DNA of 32,000 bases from Pyrobaculum aerophilum str. IM2. GTDB taxonomy: Archaea > Thermoproteota > Thermoprotei > Thermoproteales > Thermoproteaceae. Position 1 is the stretch's first letter. Each line of letters starts with the position of its first letter. The notes beneath the pieces are model-generated. The model was not told where the DNA came from and ran no database searches. It worked only from the letters and a program-made list of their open reading frames with translations. Shown piece by piece: positions 23,802 to 32,000 of this stretch. A program made the translations under genes and the position numbers. The stretch lies in NCBI RefSeq assembly GCF_000007225.1, contig NC_003364.1, positions 1,170,001 through 1,202,000 of the forward strand, given 5' to 3'.

Positions 23802-25741
23802 AGCCTCAACACTAAGGCCCCGGCAGGCCCCACCTCAAGCCTCCACCTCGGAGGGACGACAGTGACAGAGTGTCTCTCTTCCACTATTGCAGGCCCCTCT
23901 AGCTTAAAGCCTAGGGGGAGCTTCTCTCTGTTATATACAGGCGTGTCTATCCACTCGCCGAAGTACACCTTGCGATAACTCGGCCTAGGCTCCCCGACGG
24001 CAGCGGGCTCGCGCAATTTGGGCTTGCGCCTGGCCACAACGGCGAATACTCTTATAGTCACTACCTCAATAGGCCTATCTAGTTTAAAGCCGTATGTGGC
24101 GAGGTGTTTCTCCTCAAAGGCCCTCTTCACCTCTTCAAAAGCGGCTGGCCTCCCCACTGGCACTACAAGCTCCCAGCCTTGGCCTTGATATCTCACGTCG
24201 GCGAGTCTTACGTAATATGTTGGGTTAATCGTTGCCAGAGACTCCTCGAGCCTTCTATATCCCTCCTCCAGATCTTTCGGGTAAGACGCCCTAGCCTCGA
24301 ACTTGCTATCTGCAAATAACATGCCCAGCGCCGTGAATACCCCGGGCTCCGGGGGGATGACCACGGTTCTGACGCCCAGTTCCTCCGCCAGCTCCGCCGC
24401 GTGTTGAGGGCCGGCGCCGCCGAAGGCAAATAAGACGAAGTCGGAGGGATCAAGCCCCCTCTCCACAGTCACGAGCCTCACCGCCCTAGCCATTTCTAAA
24501 TTGGCAAGCCTAACAGCGCTCCACGCGACTTCCACCGGATCGCCCAGTTTTTTAAAGGCCCTGGTTGCGGCCTGTGAGTCTAGCCTCATCTCGCCCCCTA
24601 GTAATTGCGCCACTCTTCCCAGCACCACATTGGCGTCGGTAATAGTCGGCTCCGTGCCGCCGCGGCCGTAACACACAGGGCCTGGATCGGCCCCTGCGCT
24701 GATGGGCCCAACTCGGAGGGCTCCCCCCTCGTCCCTCCATATAATCGTTCCCCCGCCTGCCGAAACCTCTGCGAGATCAATAAAGGGAAATCTCACCGGA
24801 TAGCCGGAGCCCTTCACCAGCCTGCCGTGGTGCGCTTCGCCGCCCACTTCATACTCTGTGGTAATATTAGGCTCGTAGGTTACCACAGTGCCTGCCTTAG
24901 CCGTTGTCCCGCCCATGTCAAAACTAATAATCTTCGGAAGGCCCAGCATCTTGGCGAATTCAGCCGCGGCGACTACCCCGCCGGCTGGTCCAGACTCTAT
25001 TAAATGCACAGGCTTTCTAACCGCCTCCTCCACAGTGACCAGCCCGCCGGAGCTAGACATGACATAAAGCCTCCCGCCCAGCGACTCCACGTACTTGCCC
25101 AGCTCCTCTAAGTAACGCCCCACAAGCGGCATGAGGGCGGCGTTTACCACAACTGTGGAAGTCCTCTCGTACTCCCTGGGCTCAGGGGCCACTTCGCTAG
25201 AGAGAGAAACATAGCGGAAGTAGCGGCGCAAGACCTCACCAGCCTTGATCTCGTTAGAGGAGTTAATATAGGAGTGTAGAAACGAAACCGCCACAGACAC
25301 AACTCCAGCGTCGGCGGCAGTTTTAGCGTTGCGGCTCACCTCGTCGGGATCTACCTCCTTCAAAACGGTCCCATCGGCGAGTACTCTCTCCTCTATTTCA
25401 AAACGCAATTCTCTAGGCACAAGGGGCCTGGGCTTTTCAAAATACAAGTCGTAAAGCCTCGGCCTGTTCTGCCTCCCAATCTCTACCACGTCTCTAAACC
25501 CCTTAGTTGTGAAGAGGGCGACCTTAGGCAACTCAAGCCCCACTTGTCCCAAAAGCGCGTTAGTGCCAATAGTTGAGGCGTGGAGGACCTCGCCTATTTT
25601 CCCAACTCTAGACAGCCCGTTTATCACCGCCGCCTCCGGGCTCTTAGGCGTTGAGAGGAGCTTGAAAGTTATGAGGCGCCCCTCCTCATCTAAGGCGACG
25701 AAGTCTGTGAAAGTTCCACCCACGTCGACAGCCACAATCAC
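23798..25741 (-). CDS. hyuA: hydantoinase A / oxoprolinase family protein
   Basis: The N-terminal [15 protein letters not shown] is an ASKHA phosphate-1 motif; 647 aa. A TATA box lies about 24 nt upstream. Confidence 0.9.
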   Translation of the reverse strand: MIVAVDVGGTFTDFVALDEEGRLITFKLLSTPKSPEAAVINGLSRVGKIGEVLHASTIGTNALLGQVGLELPKVALFTTKGFRDVVEIGRQNRPRLYDLYFEKPRPLVPRELRFEIEERVLADGTVLKEVDPDEVSRNAKTAADAGVVSVAVSFLHSYINSSNEIKAGEVLRRYFRYVSLSSEVAPEPREYERTSTVVVNAALMPLVGRYLEELGKYVESLGGRLYVMSSSGGLVTVEEAVRKPVHLIESGPAGGVVAAAEFAKMLGLPKIISFDMGGTTAKAGTVVTYEPNITTEYEVGGEAHHGRLVKGSGYPVRFPFIDLAEVSAGGGTIIWRDEGGALRVGPISAGADPGPVCYGRGGTEPTITDANVVLGRVAQLLGGEMRLDSQAATRAFKKLGDPVEVAWSAVRLANLEMARAVRLVTVERGLDPSDFVLFAFGGAGPQHAAELAEELGVRTVVIPPEPGVFTALGMLFADSKFEARASYPKDLEEGYRRLEESLATINPTYYVRLADVRYQGQGWELVVPVGRPAAFEEVKRAFEEKHLATYGFKLDRPIEVVTIRVFAVVARRKPKLREPAAVGEPRPSYRKVYFGEWIDTPVYNREKLPLGFKLEGPAIVEERHSVTVVPPRWRLEVGPAGALVLRL

Positions 25742-25906
25742 GCCAGCATAGGAAAGAGGAGGATATAACTCATACCCACGTTACTCTGTAACAAGGGAGA
25801 TTTCGTAACACGCATAGAGTACAAAGGAGAGATGTCCCTTGACAGCTAGCGATATGGCCTACTGCAATTACGGTCAAACATGAATTAATTAGGTAAATAG
25901 GAGATA

Positions 25907-26233
25907 ATGTATAAAAATCCTTTAAAAATCTTTAGTAATATAGTATGGTTTGTTGTATTAAGCAAGTTAACCGACGAAGGGGCAAAGACTTTAAAAGAAA
26001 AACCGGAGAGAGTAAAGGAGGTTAATAAAGAGCTGGAGTCATATGGCGTTAGGGTAGTGTACCAATTCGTCACATTTGGCGAATACGACTTTGTGAATAT
26101 TGTAGAAGTCGACAGGCCGGAGAACTTGCTAAGGGCCCTAATAGAGATAAATAGCCGGGGTTCTGTAAGAACCACAACGCTTTATGCATTTCCAGTTGAT
26201 GAGGCAATAAAAGCCCTGAAGTCACAAACCTAA
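25907..26233 (+). CDS. GYD-domain protein
   Basis: FVVLSKLTDEGAKTLKEKPERV...FGEYDFVNIVEV...GSVRTTTLYAF matches the GYD family pattern. The first 12 codons may not be translated. Confidence 0.8.
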   Translation: MYKNPLKIFSNIVWFVVLSKLTDEGAKTLKEKPERVKEVNKELESYGVRVVYQFVTFGEYDFVNIVEVDRPENLLRALIEINSRGSVRTTTLYAFPVDEAIKALKSQT

Positions 26234-26280
26234 AGGTCAAAACCTTTTTCCCCAGCCTTTACTACCCCGCTAAAAAATAG

Positions 26281-26357
26281 TGGCGGGCCCGGTGGGATTT
26301 GAACCCACGACCTACGGCTCCGAAGGCCGCCGCTCTACCAGGCTGAGCCACGGGCCC
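26281..26357 (-). tRNA. tRNA-Arg (anticodon UCG), CCA encoded
   Basis: The manual cloverleaf is GGGCCCG-TG-GCTC-AGCCTGGTA-GAGC-G-GCGGC-CTTCGGA-GCCGT-AGGTC-GTGGG-TTCAAAT-CCCAC-CGGGCCC-G-CCA, 77 nt with no intron. Confidence 0.95.
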
Positions 26358-26376
26358 TCCCCTTATTGGCTCCCAC

Positions 26377-26385
26377 TTTTTAAAT
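26377..26385 (-). promoter_or_regulatory. TATA box (ATTTAAAAA on the minus strand) for tRNA-Arg
   Basis: It is centred about 24 nt upstream of the tRNA 5' end. Confidence 0.5.
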
Positions 26386-26416
26386 CTTAATTCTAAAATT
26401 ACAGCGCTTGGGCTTA

Positions 26417-26824
26417 TTAGGGATCTGGGAGGCGCGAATTTATTTTTTCCGCCAGCGCGAGCAAATTTTTATAAAGCCCCCTCTTTAGTATTTCATCAAC
26501 TCTGTCGGTATCTAACGAGGCGTAGCCGTGGACTAGCACATTTCTAAATCCAACTACGGCGCGGTAAAGGGCGAGATCTTGGGCGTTAAAAATGCCGCGT
26601 CTTAATAACGTCTCTCCCGCTTCTATATACGTCTGGGCGGGTTCTCCTAAAAGGGATGCGGCTCTCTGCGCCATGTCAATGAGGGCTTGTGCCTGTAATT
26701 GAAGCGCGTGGAGAATTCTCATTAAATCGTCCCAATTAGACAAGTCGTACCCCCTTTTTACTACGTCGTCTAGATACGCAGTCAGCTTGACTATATATTC
26801 TAAGAGGGCTTTTATCTTCGCCAT
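26417..26824 (-). CDS. hepT: HepT (DUF86, HEPN-domain) toxin
   Basis: FRNVLVHGY contains the Rx4H HEPN motif. The protein is 135 aa from ATG 26824, which overlaps the end of the upstream MNT reading frame (ATGGCGAAGATAA). Confidence 0.85.
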   Translation of the reverse strand: MAKIKALLEYIVKLTAYLDDVVKRGYDLSNWDDLMRILHALQLQAQALIDMAQRAASLLGEPAQTYIEAGETLLRRGIFNAQDLALYRAVVGFRNVLVHGYASLDTDRVDEILKRGLYKNLLALAEKINSRLPDP

Positions 26825-27217
26825 ATTGTCTCTAGGGCTGTTTCGAGGAGTCTGAGCTTTCTGGAGTCTATTTGTTGATCTTGACATATATTGAAGTACT
26901 TATACACCTCGTCCCAATCGGCGACGTAAAGCGGCACGCCCTTAAGCGCCTCGAGGACTAAGGGACAGGGCGTCCTCTCAGTCACTACTACTAAGTCGAT
27001 AAAGTCCTCGGGGAGGAGACAAGTATTTGGCTAAATCGGCCAGCAAATCGCCAAACGCCTCTAGGCTTATCTTGGAAATTGCAATGTCTAAATCGCCGGC
27101 AGGGCCGCCCGACGAGGCAGAGCCGAAGAGAAAGGCGAATTTGACGTATTTACCCCAAGGGAACCTCTTAAGCGCCTCTAGCGACACCTTGTAGGCCCTC
27201 CCGACTACGACGTCCAC
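26812..27217 (-). pseudogene. mntA: MntA (minimal nucleotidyltransferase) antitoxin gene interrupted by a 1-nt frameshift
   Basis: The 5' ORF (27217-26978) encodes FLFGSASSGGPAGDLDIAI, the GSx(n)DxD NTase motif, and stops early. The next frame continues PEDFIDLVVVTERTPCPLVLEALKGVPLYV...WRR* to 26812. The two frames join at a C4 tract on the coding strand (G4 on the plus strand, 27010-27013). Confidence 0.8.
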
Positions 27218-27483
27218 AGTACGTACTGCGCCTGTTAAAATATATTGCTAGACGCGCTCTACCGCCTTTTCAGGCCCTTGTGGGCTTTTACCACAGCTTC
27301 CGCGCGGCCCTGAGGACGACGCTCCATGCGTTACACCTCGTGCGACCGTATTTAGCTTTTCTGCAGTTACGAGCTTCTCGGCCTAACCCAAGACCTCCGC
27401 TGGGCTGGCTTCCGCTATTTTTGATATAACAACTGCTCTTCGCCATACGGGGAAATAATTAAAAAGGCGTCGTAGGATGAGAC

Positions 27484-28818
27484 ATGGAAGTGTCTTTCCT
27501 CAGGAAAAACTTCGGCGAGCGTTTTATTGAGGACCCCGCGGCGGCTTTGCTTTACGTGCGGGACGCCTCTTTCATTGAGTTTACGAATGCGGTGTTAGGC
27601 GTCGTCTTCCCAGAGAACGAGGAGGAGGTAGTGGAGTTAGTGAAGTGGGCCATTAAGAACAAGACTCCCCTGTACCCACAGGGCAGCGCCACTAGCCTTT
27701 CGGGCAACGCGACGGCAACGGGCAAGGGCCTAGTGGTGAGTTTTGAGAAAATGACAAAAGTGGAAATAGACCCAGTGGACGGAGTGGCGGTAGTGGGCCC
27801 CGGAGTTAAGCTGGAGGAGTTAAACATAGAGCTGGCACGCCACGGCCTCTTCTTCCCAGTGGATCCCGGCTCTGTTAAGAGCGCCACGGTGGGAGGCGCT
27901 ATTGCAAACGGCGCTGGGGGAATGAGGGGGGCTAAATACGGCACGATGAAAGACTGGGTCTTGGGGCTGAGGGTAGTGACGGGGAGGGGAGACCTCTTGA
28001 AATTGGGCTGCAGGACGTATAAATGTAGAAATGGGTACGACTTAGTTAGGCTATTTGTCGGCAGCGAGGGGACTCTGGGACTAGTGACCGAGGCGACGTT
28101 GAAACTAGCCCCAATGCCTGAGTCCGCTGTGGCTGTTCTCGTTTATTACGACGAATTGGAAGCCCTAGTAGAAGACGTAGTGAGAGTGAGGGCGAGTAGG
28201 CTGTGGCCTCTTTTCGCCGAGTTTCTCGACGCGCCTACCTCGGCCCTAGTGGGCCTTGAGGAAAGAAACGCCTTGTTCCTAGGCGTAGAGGTAAACGCCG
28301 GCGCAGAGGATAGAGTTTTAAAAAGGATTGAGTCTCTCCTAAGAGGGGGCATAGCCCAGAGGGCCCTGGGGTGGGAGGGCGCCATGAAGCTACTCGAGCC
28401 CCGTAGGAAGTTATTCTACGGCCAAATAGCCTCGGCCCAGAGGGAGGGAGGGACGCTTGTAATTGAAGATGTCGCCGTGCCTATTTCTAAACTCCCCGAA
28501 GCTGTCAGAGGACTGAAGAAAATAGCCGAGAAGAACGGAGTGCCGTTGCTCTTAGGCGGGCATATCGGCGATGGAAACCTCCACCCGGCCACTTGGTATA
28601 GAAGGGAAGAGGGGTTGGGCAAAGTGGAGAAATTCCTAAGAGATATGGCGGAGTTGGTATTGAAACTAAACGGCACGATCTCGGCTGAGCACGGCATTGG
28701 GACGTTGAAAAAAGAGCTAATGGCAATGGAAGTGGGGGAAGAAGTATTAAATTACATGAAAGAGTTGAAAAAAGTCTTTGACCCCCACGGAATACTTAAC
28801 CCCGGGAAGATCTTGTAG
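27484..28818 (+). CDS. FAD-linked oxidase (GlcD / D-lactate dehydrogenase family)
   Basis: 444 aa with a PCMH-type FAD-binding region (PQGSATSLSGN, GGAIANGAGG) and a C-terminal SAEHGIG motif. A TATA box lies about 24 nt upstream. Confidence 0.85.
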   Translation: MEVSFLRKNFGERFIEDPAAALLYVRDASFIEFTNAVLGVVFPENEEEVVELVKWAIKNKTPLYPQGSATSLSGNATATGKGLVVSFEKMTKVEIDPVDGVAVVGPGVKLEELNIELARHGLFFPVDPGSVKSATVGGAIANGAGGMRGAKYGTMKDWVLGLRVVTGRGDLLKLGCRTYKCRNGYDLVRLFVGSEGTLGLVTEATLKLAPMPESAVAVLVYYDELEALVEDVVRVRASRLWPLFAEFLDAPTSALVGLEERNALFLGVEVNAGAEDRVLKRIESLLRGGIAQRALGWEGAMKLLEPRRKLFYGQIASAQREGGTLVIEDVAVPISKLPEAVRGLKKIAEKNGVPLLLGGHIGDGNLHPATWYRREEGLGKVEKFLRDMAELVLKLNGTISAEHGIGTLKKELMAMEVGEEVLNYMKELKKVFDPHGILNPGKIL

Positions 28819-29275
28819 TTATCGCCACCAGGACTAGCCCTGTTATTAATAACGCAAGCGCCAGGGGATAGTCGAGACGGGGGGCGAGATCCTTTAGGGC
28901 CAGAACTGCCGCCGCTGGGAGCCCCGTGGAGGCCAGGTACAGACCGAGTAGGCCCTCTGCGCTGGCCGCAATTAACAACAACACAATAGCCGCTCCGTAC
29001 GTAACATCGGGGGCGGGGAGCTCCGGCAAGGGGATAAAGAGGCGGAGGACAGGCGATGAGAGGGCGACTTCTGCTAAGTATAGAGTTAAGGCGGTGAAGG
29101 CGGAGGTATAGGGATGGCGTAAAGATACTGCGAGATTTACGAGCAGTAGCACTGCGGCGAAGGCGCCTTGTCCCAAGGCCCCGTCCACAGCCCTGGGGTA
29201 GAGGGAAAGGACGGGGTGTGAGGCAAACATGAAGTACTGAAGGAGGCCGGCCAATACGCCGATTACAGGCCTCAT
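28796..29275 (-). CDS. polytopic membrane protein, hypothetical
   Basis: 159-aa hydrophobic ORF. Its start overlaps the DUF58 gene stop by 4 nt. Confidence 0.5.
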   Translation of the reverse strand: MRPVIGVLAGLLQYFMFASHPVLSLYPRAVDGALGQGAFAAVLLLVNLAVSLRHPYTSAFTALTLYLAEVALSSPVLRLFIPLPELPAPDVTYGAAIVLLLIAASAEGLLGLYLASTGLPAAAVLALKDLAPRLDYPLALALLITGLVLVAITTRSSRG

Positions 29276-30204
29276 ACGGCCCTCCGCAACTCCTCAGCCC
29301 CCCGCAGGACTTCCGCGCCGGCCGCCCTCAATTCTCTGTAAAGCTTCAGCCTCTTAACCGCCACGAGGCTGTTTACCCCGGCCACGTCTATATAATAGGC
29401 GGGCTTGCACTTGAGTATAAGGCACACATCCGCCAGAGATCCTACGTATACAGTTACGTCGCCGCAAGGGGGCGACCCCTCGCAAGACGGCGTAAAGCTG
29501 CGGGGCAATGAGGGGGCAAGCCCGTGTCCCAACACGTAGTAAACCACGTCGTATCCCTTCTCTGAAAGTATCTCTGCCGCTCTCACCGCCTCGGCGATTA
29601 CTAAGCTACGCAACCTCCTGGCGTCAACTACCACCACAGCGCTCCTGGTCTCAGGCCCGATGCGTGTGTTTACGTACAGCTCCCCCGTCTTAGCAAAGGC
29701 CTTCCAGTTAATTAACTTCACGGGATCGCCGGGCTGATACGGCCTTACCTCGAGGAACTCCTCAACCCCTGGCCCTCTAGGCTCCGGGCTTGCGTCTAGG
29801 CGCGGCTCTTCTGTATAAACTGCTGTTCTCCTCTTAGTGAACGCCGGGTTGTAAGACTCCGCCACAAGGGGGAGGGGCTGGGATTTTTCGGCCATGTAGT
29901 ACTGAATTTTCAAGATTCTCCTAAAGGGGGGTTTGAAGACTCTCCGGCGGAGGGGCCTCACCGGCGCGTTTATGGGCGCCGCCTCGTATATATAAATGAT
30001 CCCGGGCTTGCGGTCGGACTCAATAATTATCTCAACTTGACTCCCAACCCGCCGTTTAAATACGGCGATTTTAGGCGGCTCCATCCAGGCATTGAGGCTG
30101 TAGGCAAAGAGCGGTATTAAAGAGAGGAGGGCCGCATCCGGGCTCCCCAGCGCGAGGCCCGCGGCCAAGAGCACCGCGGCGACGGTTAACATGTTCCTAG
30201 CCAC
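29272..30204 (-). CDS. DUF58-family protein (MoxR partner, vWA-like) with an N-terminal membrane anchor
   Basis: YQPGDPVKLINWKAFAKTGELYV matches the DUF58 signature. It is divergent from the MoxR ATPase gene. Confidence 0.8.
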   Translation of the reverse strand: MARNMLTVAAVLLAAGLALGSPDAALLSLIPLFAYSLNAWMEPPKIAVFKRRVGSQVEIIIESDRKPGIIYIYEAAPINAPVRPLRRRVFKPPFRRILKIQYYMAEKSQPLPLVAESYNPAFTKRRTAVYTEEPRLDASPEPRGPGVEEFLEVRPYQPGDPVKLINWKAFAKTGELYVNTRIGPETRSAVVVVDARRLRSLVIAEAVRAAEILSEKGYDVVYYVLGHGLAPSLPRSFTPSCEGSPPCGDVTVYVGSLADVCLILKCKPAYYIDVAGVNSLVAVKRLKLYRELRAAGAEVLRGAEELRRAV

Positions 30205-30216
30205 AGCCCCAACATC

Positions 30217-30231
30217 TTTTTAGATATAATA
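30217..30231. promoter_or_regulatory. single central TATA element shared by the divergent DUF58 and MoxR genes
   Basis: TTTTTAGATATAATA lies in a 37-bp spacer, about 20 nt from GTG 30204 (minus strand) and about 18 nt from GTG 30242 (plus strand). Confidence 0.45.
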
Positions 30232-30241
30232 CTTCTCGCCC

Positions 30242-31147
30242 GTGAGGAAGGTAGTTGACGTCTTGGCGGGCTACTACGTGGCGCCTAGGGAGACGCTAGA
30301 GCTCCTCCTGTCGGCTATAATAGCCAGGGGGCATGTCCTTTTCAACGACCCGCCGGGGCTCGGCAAGACTACCCTTGCGAAAATCCTCGCCAAGGCCCTT
30401 GGCCTAAACTTCAGGAGAATTCAATTTACTCCAGATATGTTGCCGAGCGACGTCATTGGCGTTAACGTCTGGAGACCTCACGAGGGGCGTTTTGAATTTA
30501 TTAGGGGGCCGGTATTTACCAATATCTTGCTCGCCGATGAAATCAACAGGGCCCCTCCCAAGACTCAAGCCGCGTTGCTGGAGGCCATGGAGGAGAGACA
30601 AGTGACTGTAGACGGCGTGACGTATAAATTAGAGGAGCCCTTCATCGTCTTAGCCACGCAGAATCCCGTTGAGTTCCGCGGCGTGTACCCCCTCCCAGAG
30701 GCAGAGCTTGACAGATTTCTCATTCAGCTCTCCGTGGGCTACCCCAGCCCCGGCGAAGAGGCGGAGATATTAAGACGCCGCATTTCCTGGAGAGGCGACG
30801 ACCCCTCTATTTATGTAAAACCTGTGACAAATAGAGAGGAAATTATCCAGTGGATGCAATACGTTGAGGCCGTATATGTAGACGAGGCAATTATTCAATA
30901 CATCGTGAGAATAGCCCAGGCCCTCAGGACGCACCCCCTCAACGCCTATGGGCCCAGCCCCAGGGGCTCCATAGCCCTTATGAAAATATCCAGAGCCCTT
31001 GCCCTTTTAGACGGGAGAAATTACGTAGCGCCAGACGACGTGAAAAAGGCGGCGGTGGCAGCCCTGGCGCACAGAATAGCGCCTAAAGAGGGAGACCCCA
31101 GGGATTTAGTGAGAGAGGTTTTAAACAAAACCCCCATCCCCTATTAG
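30242..31147 (+). CDS. MoxR-family AAA+ ATPase
   Basis: Walker A PPGLGKT, Walker B LLADEINRA, and LLEAMEERQVTVDG (typical of AAA_3/MoxR). Confidence 0.9.
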   Translation: MRKVVDVLAGYYVAPRETLELLLSAIIARGHVLFNDPPGLGKTTLAKILAKALGLNFRRIQFTPDMLPSDVIGVNVWRPHEGRFEFIRGPVFTNILLADEINRAPPKTQAALLEAMEERQVTVDGVTYKLEEPFIVLATQNPVEFRGVYPLPEAELDRFLIQLSVGYPSPGEEAEILRRRISWRGDDPSIYVKPVTNREEIIQWMQYVEAVYVDEAIIQYIVRIAQALRTHPLNAYGPSPRGSIALMKISRALALLDGRNYVAPDDVKKAAVAALAHRIAPKEGDPRDLVREVLNKTPIPY

Positions 31148-31944
31148 AGATACCTATTGAGAAGGGCCATTACCCGCCTGAGGTGGCGCAGGCGCCTACG
31201 CCTATTCCACCTCTCCACAAGCTTGGCGACTAGCGGCGGCGCAAAGGGAGACGGCTCAATGTCCTTATATGCCAAGGCCGCCCGCACTACCTCTAGAACT
31301 CGCCCCTCATCAACGCCGCCCTTGGCCATGTAGTACGCCACGTACGTCGTAAGTAGCGAGACGTCTCCCGTCTCCACAAACCTCCTTTCCAGCCTCTTGG
31401 CCTCAATTACGTCTTGGTCGTCGTAGAGTTGCGCCGCACGGGGCCTTTTTACATCGCCGCCGAGCAGTAATATAGCGGCCGCCGAGCCTATGGCAGTGGA
31501 GTAGAATACCCACGCGGCTCCGGCCAGAGAGCTTATATAATACAGCGCTGTTAAGAGGCCGCCGAGCACGCCAAAAGCCGCGGTGTGCCTTGCGAAAAAT
31601 CTGCCCACTTTTTTAAAACGGCCTCTCGCCAGCCCCAGCGTCGAGGCTATAAAAGCCCCAGCCCCGGCTCCCCACACAAGCAAGTAGAGAAGGGGGATGT
31701 GAGTAAGCTGTAAAAACGACCCGAGGCCCCACGCAGTAACGGCGATAGACACCGGGGCGAGGGCTCTTTTTAAACGGCGGGAGAAAAACCTAACGGCGTT
31801 GAGGAAAAACCCAAAGGCCACTGCGACGAGGTATAGCTTATGCGCCGGGGTGAAAACCGGCAGCGGGATGAGGAATACCGCGGCGGCAACCCCCAGAAAA
31901 GTCGCCAAATACCCCAAAACGTGCCTTCTCTTTTTGTGTAACAA
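31144..31944 (-). CDS. membrane protein with a soluble C-terminal domain, hypothetical
   Basis: 266-aa ORF with several TM segments followed by a charged C-terminal region. The TTG start is uncertain. It is convergent with moxR and overlaps it by 4 nt. Confidence 0.5.
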   Translation of the reverse strand: MLHKKRRHVLGYLATFLGVAAAVFLIPLPVFTPAHKLYLVAVAFGFFLNAVRFFSRRLKRALAPVSIAVTAWGLGSFLQLTHIPLLYLLVWGAGAGAFIASTLGLARGRFKKVGRFFARHTAAFGVLGGLLTALYYISSLAGAAWVFYSTAIGSAAAILLLGGDVKRPRAAQLYDDQDVIEAKRLERRFVETGDVSLLTTYVAYYMAKGGVDEGRVLEVVRAALAYKDIEPSPFAPPLVAKLVERWNRRRRLRHLRRVMALLNRYL

Positions 31945-32000
31945 CCCCCCGACTCCGTATGCGGTAAAAAAAGCCCCCAGGGGGTGGGCCGCAAACCGCA

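Noticed and set aside
7260-25751. Further shadow ORFs inside well-supported genes (e.g. 7260..7442-, 7479..7898-, 8005..9304-, 10972..11457-, 11700..12594-, 13959..14243-, 17590..18204-, 18585..19097, 19754..19972+, 20228..20581-, 21514..21813-, 22411..23596+, 24104..25003, 25509..25751+)
   Set aside because: The reasoning is the same: they sit opposite or out of frame with confidently identified genes and show no recognisable motifs.
26825-26887. N-terminal extension of hepT (track start 26887), and similar extensions at 6472-6531 (metallopeptidase), 18472-18567 (membrane protein), 15786-15827 (MoaD-like) and 16305-16310 (ferredoxin)
   Set aside because: In each case the extension overlaps the upstream gene or promoter. 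An internal ATG has better TATA spacing or forms an ATGA coupling with the preceding gene.
26995-27015. AUAAAGUCCUCGGGG on the plus strand, reminiscent of the RNase P RNA CR-I motif (GGAAAGUCCGG)
   Set aside because: It lies inside the mntA coding sequence on the opposite strand. No CR-IV/V-like ACAGAA...GGCUUA partner or P4 pairing is nearby.
27290-27446. 52-codon minus-strand ORF (MAKSSCYIKNSGSQ...RKLW) in the mntA/GlcD-like spacer
   Set aside because: It is below the size threshold and basic/low-complexity. The only nearby A/T box is about 13 nt from its ATG and is correctly spaced for the GlcD-like gene instead.
1-32000. Looked for CRISPR repeats, IS/transposase or integrase genes, rRNA, additional tRNAs and long direct or inverted repeats
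   Set aside because: I found none by eye. A computational repeat search (self dot-plot, CRISPR finder, tRNAscan-SE with archaeal intron models) would be needed to exclude short or degenerate instances.

Overview
This window reads as a densely packed core chromosomal segment of a Pyrobaculum/Thermoproteus-type crenarchaeon. That origin is an inference from the close resemblance of the glutamate dehydrogenase to Pyrobaculum GDH as I remember it, from TATA boxes about 20-27 nt upstream of start codons (leaderless style), and from a G+C-rich archaeal SRP RNA. I support about 36 protein genes, mostly housekeeping. They include leuD/leuA/leuB-type genes, gdhA, an amino-acid ABC permease and ATPase, a molybdopterin oxidoreductase, TatD, a PPP phosphatase and dcd. 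They also include a MoaD-like protein, ogt, a ferredoxin, a HAD phosphatase, AbrB-PhoU, archaeal riboflavin synthase and a NikR-like/JAMM/M24 peptidase operon. The remainder are hydantoinase A/B, a GYD protein, HepT/MntA, a GlcD-like oxidase and a MoxR-DUF58 locus. RNA genes are tRNA-Arg(UCG), an SRP (7S) RNA lying under four spurious ORFs, and a candidate C/D box sRNA that overlaps a stop codon. I found no CRISPR array, IS element, integrase or rRNA. The most notable observations are three independent single-nucleotide frame disruptions: leuA at a G4 tract, leuB, and the mntA antitoxin at a C4 tract next to an intact hepT toxin. Others are divergent gene pairs sharing one central TATA box, a MoaD-like protein without the C-terminal Gly-Gly, an orphan Flp-like pilin, an orphan secreted-protein/membrane-protein pair, and a very A+T-rich spacer between convergent genes. 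I did not find a convincing new multi-gene system. The leads I list are individually modest, and all homology calls come from motif recognition by eye, not from database searches.
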